Of a stretch of 64,000 nt of DNA, positions 1 through 7,388 are shown one piece after another. Below the pieces are notes generated by a model. It ran no database searches. It saw only the letters and a program-made list of their open reading frames with translations, and was not told where the DNA came from. The DNA is from an uncultured Gammaproteobacteria bacterium (lineage in GTDB: Bacteria > Patescibacteriota > Patescibacteriia > Magasanikbacterales > UBA922), in assembly GCA_964612105.1 (NCBI GenBank), contig CAZTEU010000002.1, positions 19,697 through 83,696 of the forward strand, given 5' to 3'. The position numbers and the translations under genes are program-made. How positions within the stretch are numbered: the first letter of the stretch is position 1; every line of letters starts with the position of its first letter.

Positions 1-1016
1 TTAAGTAGTTTTTTTGTGTCTGGAACATCGTCCTTATGACAAACAAGAAGTGCGTCTTTTGTGTTAACAACAACCATTCCATCCAACCCAATTGTTGTAA
101 CCAGTTTTTTGTCGTCTTCATTATATACAAACGAATCCTGAGTATTATATACAACAACTTTTCCTTTTGAGTAATTCTTTTCTTCACTGTCCACCAATGA
201 TTCCTTTAGCGCGTATAGTGTGCCAGGATCACTCCAGCCCATATCTACTTTGAGTACAACAGCTTGAGAGGGATCTATTTTTTCTGCAATCGCCTTGTCG
301 AAAGACATTGCTGGCACATCTTTATATTTATTATCAAGTACCTCATCATCTTCTACCATCTCAGAAACCATAGTTAGTAACTCTGGTTGGTGTTGTTTGT
401 ACAGGTTTAATACAAAATCTATATCAAAAACAAAATATCCTGGATTCCATAGCCACTCTCCGCTTGCAAACATTTCCTTGCACTCCTCTACCTCTGGCCT
501 GTATCTCCATGACTTAAACTCATGAACATCTCCTTCTATTTTTTCACCTGTTTGTATCCATCCAAGATTATGACTTGCAAATCTTGGTTTCTCTCCAAGA
601 AATACAAATCTTTCTTTATCTTTTGCAATTAACTCTTCTGCTTCTTTGAGTCCATTTGTAAACCTATCTGAATGTTCCATAAAATGATCTGACCAAATTA
701 TAGAAACCGTACCAGTATTACCTGCTTTTTTTAGTCTGAGTAATGTTAATAGTACAGCTCCAGCTAAATCTCTCTTTGCTGGTTCTGTAAAAATATTATC
801 TTCTAGAAGCTCCGGAATTTGTTTGTGTACAATTTCCTTATAATTTTGATTTGTAGATATGAAAATATTTTCCATACCAAAATCACGTATTCTTTCTATA
901 GCTTTTTGTAAAGTGGATTGATTGTCTTTTAGTGCCTCAAACTGTTTTGGTGAGTTTCTGCGACTTATGGGCCACAACCTTGTCCCAGCTCCACCGGCAA
1001 ATATAATGATTTTCAT
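1..1016 (-). CDS. ManC-like mannose-1-phosphate guanylyltransferase/nucleotidyltransferase (about 338 aa inside the window; the C-terminus runs off the window start)
   Basis: Reverse-strand translation from the ATG at 1014-1016 gives MKIIIFAGGAGTRLWPISRRNSPKQF..., which carries the G-G-x-G-T-R-L sugar-nucleotidyltransferase signature. The frame stays open to position 1. It is absent from the ORF track only because no stop codon lies inside the window. Confidence 0.7.
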   Translation of the reverse strand, partial: MKIIIFAGGAGTRLWPISRRNSPKQFEALKDNQSTLQKAIERIRDFGMENIFISTNQNYKEIVHKQIPELLEDNIFTEPAKRDLAGAVLLTLLRLKKAGNTGTVSIIWSDHFMEHSDRFTNGLKEAEELIAKDKERFVFLGEKPRFASHNLGWIQTGEKIEGDVHEFKSWRYRPEVEECKEMFASGEWLWNPGYFVFDIDFVLNLYKQHQPELLTMVSEMVEDDEVLDNKYKDVPAMSFDKAIAEKIDPSQAVVLKVDMGWSDPGTLYALKESLVDSEEKNYSKGKVVVYNTQDSFVYNEDDKKLVTTIGLDGMVVVNTKDALLVCHKDDVPDTKKLL

Positions 1017-1020
1017 AGTT

Positions 1021-1557
1021 TTATAATCCTACAATATAGAAAGAGAGAGCACAAGCAATTATTGCATATAGTACTCCACCTATAATATCCCTTGGATAAT
1101 GTAATCCTGCGTATACTCTGGAGAATCCAATATACAAAGCAACAACAAACCCAGCTACCCAAACATAATATGGGGCTCCTATAACTAACAATCCAACAGC
1201 TAGTATGGAAGAGCCTATTGTGTGGTCTGATGGAAAAGATTTCCAACTGGATAGTGGTTTGTATAATTGTTTTACTTCCGGGTTTTCTATAGCAGGTCTA
1301 CGGTGTGGCCAAAGCCAGCCTGTAATCTGACTGGCTAACATACCAATAACAAAAGCAACTAGTAAAAATAATGCGAAACTCATTAAGTCTGCAAGGTTGT
1401 TTTTATAAACAATAAGAAATGAATACAAGAATACAAAAAAAGCAAAAAGGAATATTAGATAGAATGCACAGATAGATATAAACTTGTCTATTTTCTTATT
1501 CTTTCCTATATTGTTATTTATCTGCAAAAAAAGCTTTGTACTCCATGATTGCTTCAT
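1021..1557 (-). CDS. PAP2-family membrane phosphatase (undecaprenyl-diphosphatase/PgpB-like)
   Basis: 178 aa with multiple TM helices; PAP2 motifs SFPSDHT (PSGH-like) and SRVYAGLHYPRD (SRxxxxxHxxxD). Confidence 0.65.
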   Translation of the reverse strand: MKQSWSTKLFLQINNNIGKNKKIDKFISICAFYLIFLFAFFVFLYSFLIVYKNNLADLMSFALFLLVAFVIGMLASQITGWLWPHRRPAIENPEVKQLYKPLSSWKSFPSDHTIGSSILAVGLLVIGAPYYVWVAGFVVALYIGFSRVYAGLHYPRDIIGGVLYAIIACALSFYIVGL

Positions 1558-2519
1558 ATGAGTCTTTTGAGATGAAAACCTATTTTATAAAAATAATATT
1601 TAAAAGGCTTAAGAACAATATCAAAAGCTTGCGGGTATGATTCGTATCTTCCTCCAAACCCCACCTTAAATCTTGTAACACCAGACCATGCGTGTTTCTT
1701 GTTCCAACATCTTCCGTTAAAGCACTGTGATCCATTTTCCGCCAACGGAGCTACACCCCAAAAATCGTAGTGTTGGAAACCATTATTCTTTGCATACTTA
1801 ATGGCTTCCCACTGTAATAAATATGGTGCCATTACATTCCTGTGTTCGTCACCAGATGCTCCGTGCAGATAAGTAAAGGTATTTCCATAACCAATACATA
1901 TAATCACAGCAACCGGTGTATCATCAACAAAAGCAGTAAACTGATGAATAAAATCAGCTTCCAACATTTTTTTATAGTACTCTTTTTCATGGCTCCTAAA
2001 ATTATCACGAGAAGTTGTTTGTTCGTTTAATTTCCAAAATACTTCTACATCTTTCTCTTTTTTAATGACAACTCCCTTTCTTTTAGCTAGATTTATATTA
2101 TACCGTGTTTTTTGGTGCATTGCAGACAATAGACCCTCTTCTTCTTTATTAATATCTAATATAAGGGTCTGTTTTGGCTGACGATTCTTTGCACCTCTTG
2201 TGGTATACTTTATATATGAATTATCTGTAGGGCTTGCAGGTTCTAAACGAATAAAAGCACACCCTTGTTTCTTTGCATCATCTGCAATTACCATCAATGA
2301 CTCTTGCTGAGATGGCTTATATTTAGGGATATATAAGTATTTTATCCCAAAAGGGAGACTACTCAAGAAACCTTGTGACTGTCCAATAGCTGTATGACCA
2401 TCTTTTACCTGCTTTCTTGTAACTCCCCCTTTTAGTTCCCCCCAATCCCAAGACTGCAAAAAAGAACCTGTTACTGGCTGTATCCACTGAGATTTATGTT
2501 CACATTCATGTATTTTCAT
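1554..2519 (-). CDS. FemAB-family peptidoglycan aminoacyltransferase-like protein
   Basis: 321 aa. The C-terminal region ...TYLHGASGDEHRNVMAPYLLQWEAIKYAKNNGFQHYDFWGV resembles the FemX/FemAB acyltransferase fold. It overlaps the downstream PAP2 gene by 4 nt. Confidence 0.5.
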   Translation of the reverse strand: MKIHECEHKSQWIQPVTGSFLQSWDWGELKGGVTRKQVKDGHTAIGQSQGFLSSLPFGIKYLYIPKYKPSQQESLMVIADDAKKQGCAFIRLEPASPTDNSYIKYTTRGAKNRQPKQTLILDINKEEEGLLSAMHQKTRYNINLAKRKGVVIKKEKDVEVFWKLNEQTTSRDNFRSHEKEYYKKMLEADFIHQFTAFVDDTPVAVIICIGYGNTFTYLHGASGDEHRNVMAPYLLQWEAIKYAKNNGFQHYDFWGVAPLAENGSQCFNGRCWNKKHAWSGVTRFKVGFGGRYESYPQAFDIVLKPFKYYFYKIGFHLKRLI

Positions 2520-2568
2520 GGGACTATTGTAGCTAAACAGAGCTAAATTTGCAATACCACATCAAGCC

Positions 2569-2597
2569 TTGATTTTTTTTGGCTTTTACCCTATAAT
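2569..2597 (+). promoter_or_regulatory. sigma70-type promoter TTGATT-N17-TATAAT
   Basis: -35 TTGATT at 2569-2574, 17-nt spacer, -10 TATAAT at 2592-2597; 30 nt upstream of the first ORF of a plus-strand operon. Confidence 0.55.
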
Positions 2598-2626
2598 ATT
2601 CGTGTTGTCATTAATATATAAGAAAT

Positions 2627-2842
2627 ATGAGTACTCCAAAGCAAAAGACTACAAAGAGAGCTACAGGAAACCGCCGTTCTAAGCATGGACTAAAAGGAAT
2701 CCAAATTAAAACAGACAAAGACGGAAATCCATATCTTCCTCATCATGCAACACCTGCAACAGGTGCATATAAAGGAAAGACAGCGGTAGATGCAGCAAAA
2801 CGCGCTACCCGTCGTATGCGTAGACTCAAAAAAATAACTTAG
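2627..2842 (+). CDS. hypothetical small, highly basic protein (71 aa)
   Basis: ORF MSTPKQKTTKRATGNRRSKHGLKG...RRMRRLKKIT lies directly behind the consensus promoter. Its stop is 1 nt before the nusB start. No family recognised. Confidence 0.45.
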   Translation: MSTPKQKTTKRATGNRRSKHGLKGIQIKTDKDGNPYLPHHATPATGAYKGKTAVDAAKRATRRMRRLKKIT

Positions 2843-2843
2843 T

Positions 2844-3290
2844 ATGTCAAACAGACACCTTGCTCGTTCTATTGTTATGCAAATCCTATATCAATGGGAT
2901 TTTCGTGATAAACCAATGGAAGATCTTCCAACTATCATAGAACAACAACTAGATGAGTTTGGTGTTGGTTTAGACAAGGACAAAGAGTACGTAAAAGAAA
3001 CAGTAGATGCTGTTATATCTAATCTGGAAGATATAGATAAGTTTATAGAAAAGTACGCAACAAATTGGCCGTTGGAACAGATAGCAATAGTAGATAGGAA
3101 CATATTGCGTGTAGGAGTTTATGAAATGAAGTTTAACGATGCTATTCCTGCGAAGGTTGCAATAAACGAAGCAATTGAGGTTGCAAAAAATTATGGAGGT
3201 CCAACATCTGGTAAATTTGTTAATGGAATACTAGGAGCAATGTATAAGGACATAAAACCAGAAGAGAACAAAGAAGAAACAAAAGAATAA
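2844..3290 (+). CDS. nusB: transcription antitermination factor NusB
   Basis: 148 aa; N-terminus MSNRHLARSIVMQILYQWDF... and an overall NusB-like helical profile. Confidence 0.8.
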   Translation: MSNRHLARSIVMQILYQWDFRDKPMEDLPTIIEQQLDEFGVGLDKDKEYVKETVDAVISNLEDIDKFIEKYATNWPLEQIAIVDRNILRVGVYEMKFNDAIPAKVAINEAIEVAKNYGGPTSGKFVNGILGAMYKDIKPEENKEETKE

Positions 3291-3369
3291 ATTATTTAAT
3301 CATACAGCCTTCAACTTTGACGCGTTACTCTGTGAAGCGTGAAAGGTGTAGACTGCTAAAACACAGAAT

Positions 3370-4131
3370 ATGCCAGTAGAAGCATACAAAGAAAAAAACT
3401 TTCCAAAGTTGGAAGAAACATTAGGGGTGAAATTTAAGAACCAGGACTACATTGTACAAGCACTTGTACATCGTTCTTTTCTTAACGAGAATAGAGACTT
3501 CCCTCTTGCACACAATGAAAGACTAGAATTTCTCGGAGATGCTGTACTAGAACTTGTAGTTACAGAATTCCTTTTCGAAAACTACCTCAATCCAGAAGGA
3601 GAGCTTACCAACTGGAGAGCTGCACTTGTTAACGCAAAGATGTGTGCTCGTGTAGGAGACGAACTTGGACTAGAAGAATTTCTTTTCCTTAGTCATGGAG
3701 AAAGTAAAGATGAAAGTAGCAAAGCACGTGAATATATCCTAGCAAATGCTGTAGAAGCTGTAATTGGAGCTGTATACCTAGACCAAGGTTGGGATATAGC
3801 AAAACAATTTGTTACACGCTGGATTGTAAGCAAATTACCAGAAGTTCTAGAAAAGGGATTATGGATGGATCCAAAATCACGATTCCAAGAAGCTTCACAG
3901 GAGATAGTTGGACTTACACCAACATATCGTGTACTAAAGGAAGAAGGTCCTGACCATGATAAGATATTTGCTATTGGTGTGTATCTGGATAAAGAAAAAA
4001 TAGCTGTAGGCGAGGGCGGAAGTAAACAAGAGGGACAGGTAGCAGCAGCAGAAAAAGCACTAGAAAAGAAAGGTTGGAAGGGTCCAAAGATAGAAATTAT
4101 AGAAAGAAAGGCAGATGATCCTTTGGGGTAA
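3370..4131 (+). CDS. rnc: ribonuclease III
   Basis: 253 aa; RNase III signature ERLEFLGDAVLELVV; C-terminal dsRBD-like region. Confidence 0.9.
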   Translation: MPVEAYKEKNFPKLEETLGVKFKNQDYIVQALVHRSFLNENRDFPLAHNERLEFLGDAVLELVVTEFLFENYLNPEGELTNWRAALVNAKMCARVGDELGLEEFLFLSHGESKDESSKAREYILANAVEAVIGAVYLDQGWDIAKQFVTRWIVSKLPEVLEKGLWMDPKSRFQEASQEIVGLTPTYRVLKEEGPDHDKIFAIGVYLDKEKIAVGEGGSKQEGQVAAAEKALEKKGWKGPKIEIIERKADDPLG

Positions 4132-4141
4132 TGCCTAATGC

Positions 4142-4214
4142 GCGCCGTTAGCTCAGCTGGTAGAGCAGTGGCCTCTTAAGCCAACGGTCGAAGGTTCGAG
4201 TCCTTCACGGCGCA
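4142..4214 (+). tRNA. tRNA-Lys (anticodon CTT)
   Basis: Manual cloverleaf: acceptor GCGCCGT/ACGGCGC, D-stem GCTC/GAGC, anticodon loop CTCTTAA, T-arm GAAGG-TTCGAGT-CCTTC, discriminator A. Confidence 0.85.
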
Positions 4215-4217
4215 CAA

Positions 4218-4238
4218 GCCCGCTTATTGCGGGTTTTT
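4218..4238 (+). terminator. GC hairpin plus T-tract between the two tRNAs
   Basis: GCCCGC-ttatt-GCGGG followed by TTTTT. Confidence 0.45.
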
Positions 4239-4247
4239 ATACAACAC

Positions 4248-4319
4248 GCCCCCGTGGTGTAATGGATAACACAGCGGTCTTCGGAACCGCTGATGTGGGT
4301 TCGATTCCTGCCGGGGGTA
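4248..4319 (+). tRNA. tRNA-Arg (anticodon TCG)
   Basis: Manual cloverleaf: acceptor GCCCCCG/CGGGGGT (G1-U72 wobble), D-stem GTGT/ACAC, anticodon stem GCGGT/ACCGC with loop CTTCGGA, T-arm GTGGG-TTCGATT-CCTGC. Confidence 0.75.
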
Positions 4320-4332
4320 CGAATATAAAAAA
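4304..4332 (+). repeat. direct repeat copy 1 (tRNA-Arg 3' end plus trailer)
   Basis: ATTCCTGCCGGGGGTACGAATATAAAAAA; the same string recurs 82 bp downstream with one mismatch. Confidence 0.8.
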
Positions 4333-4383
4333 TCGTGCTTACACGGTTTTTTATGTGAGTAGCTTCGGAAAGGAACACGCAGT

Positions 4384-4412
4384 ATTCCTGCCGGGGGTAC
4401 GAATGTAAAAAA
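4384..4412 (+). repeat. direct repeat copy 2 (duplicated tRNA-Arg 3' end; att-like scar)
   Basis: ATTCCTGCCGGGGGTACGAATGTAAAAAA with no tRNA body upstream; followed by hairpin GAGAAAG-gtaaag-CTTTTCTTTTTTTT. Confidence 0.75.
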
Positions 4413-4471
4413 GAGAAAGGTAAAGCTTTTCTTTTTTTTGTATAATTAAAAAATCACCTTTAGTAAGATGA

Positions 4472-4504
4472 ATTGATTCATCCTACCTAGTACTCATGAC
4501 TAGG
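4472..4504 (-). terminator. perfect 13-bp inverted repeat hairpin (terminator of the island-1 gene)
   Basis: CATCCTACCTAGT-actcatg-ACTAGGTAGGATG, followed on the minus strand by a T-rich tract. Confidence 0.5.
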
Positions 4505-4606
4505 TAGGATGTGCCTCCTTGTTGAAGGTCAGGAGTGACCATGCGCGGCACCAAGCGACCAAGGGAACAAGAGAAACAAGTCTCAAGAACCCAAGGTACA
4601 AAGCGC

Positions 4607-5080
4607 CTACTTGCGACGCAGGATGCGGTAGTGGCTGATCCAGTTGCGGTCGAGCAAGTCCCAGCTCCGAGCCCAATGGCCGCCGCTCCAGTAGGCACAG
4701 TAGACGCGCTTGGAATTGCTGGGGTCGCGCCAGTCCGTGAAGACGAATGAGGCCTCGCTCTGCAACTCGACGGGAATCTCGGCCTGATGCTCCAGCAGGT
4801 GCCGGCCGTCGTCCTCACCGAGGTTGGCGTCCATATCGACCGCACGCTCGACCATGGTGCGGCCGCTCAACGATCTCTCGTTTCTCCTCATGAAGCTGAG
4901 AATCTCGTAGGTGCGACCACCAACGGTCATCTCCTTGGTGGGAATGACGTCATTGGCCAGATGGGCCAGCTGCTTGGCGAATGCCCTGACCCTCTCGGTG
5001 TTGTCGGAGCTGATCAGAGCGTTGAACAAATCATCACCGAGCACGCGCTGGAGATGAGAAACCGAACGAAGTGTATTCAT
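4607..5080 (-). CDS. hypothetical protein in GC-rich foreign cassette 1 (157 aa)
   Basis: Strong codon periodicity with G/C at about 80% of third positions (host genes about 25-30%); varied amino-acid composition (MNTLRSVSHLQRVLGDD...WSGGHWARSWDLLDRNW...); bracketed by a host-type promoter and a hairpin terminator. Confidence 0.6.
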   Translation of the reverse strand: MNTLRSVSHLQRVLGDDLFNALISSDNTERVRAFAKQLAHLANDVIPTKEMTVGGRTYEILSFMRRNERSLSGRTMVERAVDMDANLGEDDGRHLLEHQAEIPVELQSEASFVFTDWRDPSNSKRVYCAYWSGGHWARSWDLLDRNWISHYRILRRK

Positions 5081-5165
5081 TGACTCAATTACCTCGCTTC
5101 CTCTATCACGAGAAAGCTCACTCCTCGCCGATCATCGGCAAAGAGGAAGACCAATCCTTGTTTAG

Positions 5166-5209
5166 GCCTTCTTTATGGATATTTCGCTTAAAATACGCAT
5201 AAAGAAGGC
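5166..5209. promoter_or_regulatory. 12-bp perfect inverted repeat in the 5' leader of the island-1 gene
   Basis: GCCTTCTTTATG (5166-5177) and CATAAAGAAGGC (5198-5209) are separated by 20 nt; no T-tract, so not a terminator; lies at the GC/AT composition boundary. Confidence 0.4.
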
Positions 5210-5247
5210 AAAAACTGCTTTATTTAATGAACTATATACAACACCGG

Positions 5248-5276
5248 AGTGTAGCACAAAAAGAGGGTTTTGTCAA
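5248..5276 (-). promoter_or_regulatory. sigma70-type promoter TTGACA-N17-TACACT driving island-1 gene
   Basis: On the minus strand: TTGACA (5276-5271), 17-nt spacer, TACACT (5253-5248). Confidence 0.4.
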
Positions 5277-5346
5277 GAGTTTTTACTAGAAAAATCAGAG
5301 AAAATGGCTTAAATTAGCAAATAATAAATAGTATACTACATAAGTA

Positions 5347-5378
5347 CAAAAAACAGAGGTAAAACCTCTGTTTTTATT
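5347..5378. terminator. bidirectional rho-independent terminator
   Basis: CAGAGG-taaaa-CCTCTG flanked by A-run and T-run; immediately 3' of the minus-strand gene 5392..7290. Confidence 0.6.
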
Positions 5379-5391
5379 TATTATACATTAC

Positions 5392-7290
5392 TTATCTTAA
5401 CGGCAATGCTTCTACAACCTTTAATATCTTCTCATCTGTAACAGTGTCTGTAGCTTCTAGACGAATCTTAGAGGTAAGCTGTGTTTGTCCCGCATTAGGC
5501 TTATGTAATTTCACCTTAAATTGATAGGCTAACACATCTAAAGAAATAGGCATTGTGTCTACAGTCCAAGTTAACCTGTTCTTGGAATCATCCAATGCAA
5601 CCTTACCACCTGGTGGAAGTAGTGTTGTCTTCTCATCGAAACTAACGTCTCCAAAGAAGTCTGCACTTATAGCCACATCTTTAAGTTCATGGAATGTGTT
5701 ACTAAGTAACCATGTTATTGTGTACATCTGTTGATTGTTTGGTTCCTGAGCTACCTTATCGCGCACCTCTAGTTCTGTATCTGAGTTGAAGAGAAGTTCT
5801 ACAGGATTACTAGAAACATTTTTTGATTCCCCACCGGTTTCGTATTGCACATCTGCAAATACTTTTCCTTTGAAAGTTTCAAAGGAAGCTAAGTCTATAT
5901 TGTTAGAAGTCTTTACTGGCAATACAACATCTATTGTAACTGACTCTCCTGACTCAATTTTCTTAAGACCACCTACTCTAGATTTTGTCCAGGTTAGTTC
6001 TCCAATACGTGTTGTGTCGTTTACCTGCTCACCGTTTATTTTTCCTTTTGAGGGATTATCTATTTTACTCCAGTTTAATATACTTTTTCTATTTGCAGAA
6101 GGTGCTTCGTATACAAGACGTACACGCACATCTTCTAAAGTTGTCTCTCCTGTGTTCTTTACTACAACAGATGTGTGTAGTTTCTCACTTGGCTGTACAG
6201 ACAAATCTCCAATACCTCCGTTAATGATGACTGTGGTTGCCACATTAGTTTCTACAAGAGATATTTCTATGGTCTCATCTGCTAATACAAAACCATCGTC
6301 TATATTTTCTCCCTCTAGAACACCAACAACCTGAGCTAGAAGAGTAACCTTGTCTTCTCCATCAAATGAACCAGACATCTTAATTGTTTGTTTATTCTCA
6401 GACTTGTCTAATTGCCACTCTAACAGATCATCACTTGTTGCTTCTTGCTCACTTTCTTTTTTTGTAAATGATTCTGACTCTACTATGAAATAGACTTTCT
6501 CTATCTCACCCTCTAAATCACCCAGTCCTTCTATATCGAATGATAGTGGTGTCTCCATTCCTTTCGCCACCTCTGTGGAGACATTAGAAGATAACTTTAC
6601 TATTGAATCATTAGACGACACATTAAAGGAAGTTGCTTTCTGAAATGCAGAACTAAAGTTGCCTGGAGTGTAGTTGAGAAAGGCACGTACTGACTGCTCT
6701 TCTCCAAGGTCTGCATAGAAGCGACCAAATATATCTATAATTCCACCCTCACCTTCTTTAAGGGGTTCTAAAACCCAAGCATCTCCAGTATCTTTACTTG
6801 GTTCTTTGCTAGCACTACTAAATACAAAACCTTCTGGATATCGCACCTCTAATCTTACATCATTTATTTGTACACTTTGATTGTTCTTATATCTAAGCCT
6901 GTACTGGACTTCTTCCCCCACTTTAATATTATCCTCTCCTGTAACAGTTAGTAGAACATCATCTTGTGAGAAATCTAGACTTGGCTGTAAGACAAAAAAA
7001 CCAAGCCAAGCAACAGACCCAAGAAACACAAGGGCTACTGCTAGGGTGATAAAGGCTCTAAATATACTTGTCTTTCCTCTTGATTTAAAGGAAGACATGT
7101 CTGGCATTGAGCCATCTCTATTTTCGTATATTTCAACAAGTTCTCTATCTATCTTTCTAGTCTTCTTCGAAGATGGCTTATATACTGGCTTTCGTCCCAT
7201 CTTCTTTTTTGTCAGTTTCTTTCCCTTATTTGAACTTATCCTCTTTTCTGTAAACTTTGGAGTTGTTTTTTTCTTCTTTTTAGGTGCCAT
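5392..7290 (-). CDS. membrane-anchored envelope protein with polylysine cytoplasmic N-terminus and large repetitive extracytoplasmic region
   Basis: 632 aa. N-terminus MAPKKKKKTTPKFTEKRISSNKGKKLTKKKMGRKP.... Single TM helix (ITLAVALVFLGSVAWLGFFVL). The extracellular part has repeated beta-rich modules (DUF11/CARDB-like by eye). Confidence 0.55.
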   Translation of the reverse strand: MAPKKKKKTTPKFTEKRISSNKGKKLTKKKMGRKPVYKPSSKKTRKIDRELVEIYENRDGSMPDMSSFKSRGKTSIFRAFITLAVALVFLGSVAWLGFFVLQPSLDFSQDDVLLTVTGEDNIKVGEEVQYRLRYKNNQSVQINDVRLEVRYPEGFVFSSASKEPSKDTGDAWVLEPLKEGEGGIIDIFGRFYADLGEEQSVRAFLNYTPGNFSSAFQKATSFNVSSNDSIVKLSSNVSTEVAKGMETPLSFDIEGLGDLEGEIEKVYFIVESESFTKKESEQEATSDDLLEWQLDKSENKQTIKMSGSFDGEDKVTLLAQVVGVLEGENIDDGFVLADETIEISLVETNVATTVIINGGIGDLSVQPSEKLHTSVVVKNTGETTLEDVRVRLVYEAPSANRKSILNWSKIDNPSKGKINGEQVNDTTRIGELTWTKSRVGGLKKIESGESVTIDVVLPVKTSNNIDLASFETFKGKVFADVQYETGGESKNVSSNPVELLFNSDTELEVRDKVAQEPNNQQMYTITWLLSNTFHELKDVAISADFFGDVSFDEKTTLLPPGGKVALDDSKNRLTWTVDTMPISLDVLAYQFKVKLHKPNAGQTQLTSKIRLEATDTVTDEKILKVVEALPLR

Positions 7291-7362
7291 ATTAGTATGT
7301 TATATGTAGAGGCATTGTATCAGATAGAGATGTGTCTGTCTAAGGGGGGTTGTTCACATACC

Positions 7363-7388
7363 AAAAACGAGCCGTTTGGCTCGTTTAT
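7363..7388. terminator. bidirectional hairpin terminator
   Basis: CGAGCC-gttt-GGCTCG with flanking A-run and T-run, between the two large minus-strand genes. Confidence 0.55.

Noticed and set aside
4483-5083. Alternative ORFs in GC-rich cassette 1 (4535..4750 +, 4787..5083 +, 4483..4845 -)
   Set aside because: GC-rich DNA yields long spurious frames. Only the 4607..5080 minus frame shows strong third-position G/C periodicity. The 4535 plus frame has about 50% GC3 and a low-complexity Ala/Pro/Val translation, despite a chance AGGAG upstream.
4505-5160. GC-rich islands as large structured ncRNAs (tmRNA, OLE/GOLLD-like) rather than genes
   Set aside because: GC-rich islands in AT-rich genomes are often ncRNAs, but these show clear codon periodicity and canonical ribosome-binding sites plus start codons. 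No tmRNA hallmarks were found (no tag-peptide ORF ending ...AA-stop, and no tRNA-like ends).
5786-6334. Numerous antisense or alternate-frame ORFs inside long genes (e.g. 5786..6334, 6881..7309, 18272..19189, 30773..36199 series, 37209..38534, 57350..57811)
   Set aside because: They are embedded in well-supported genes on the opposite strand (envelope proteins, argS, the giant adhesin, groEL, DEAD helicase). Their translations are low-complexity Ser/Phe/Leu-rich, as expected from AT-rich antisense frames.
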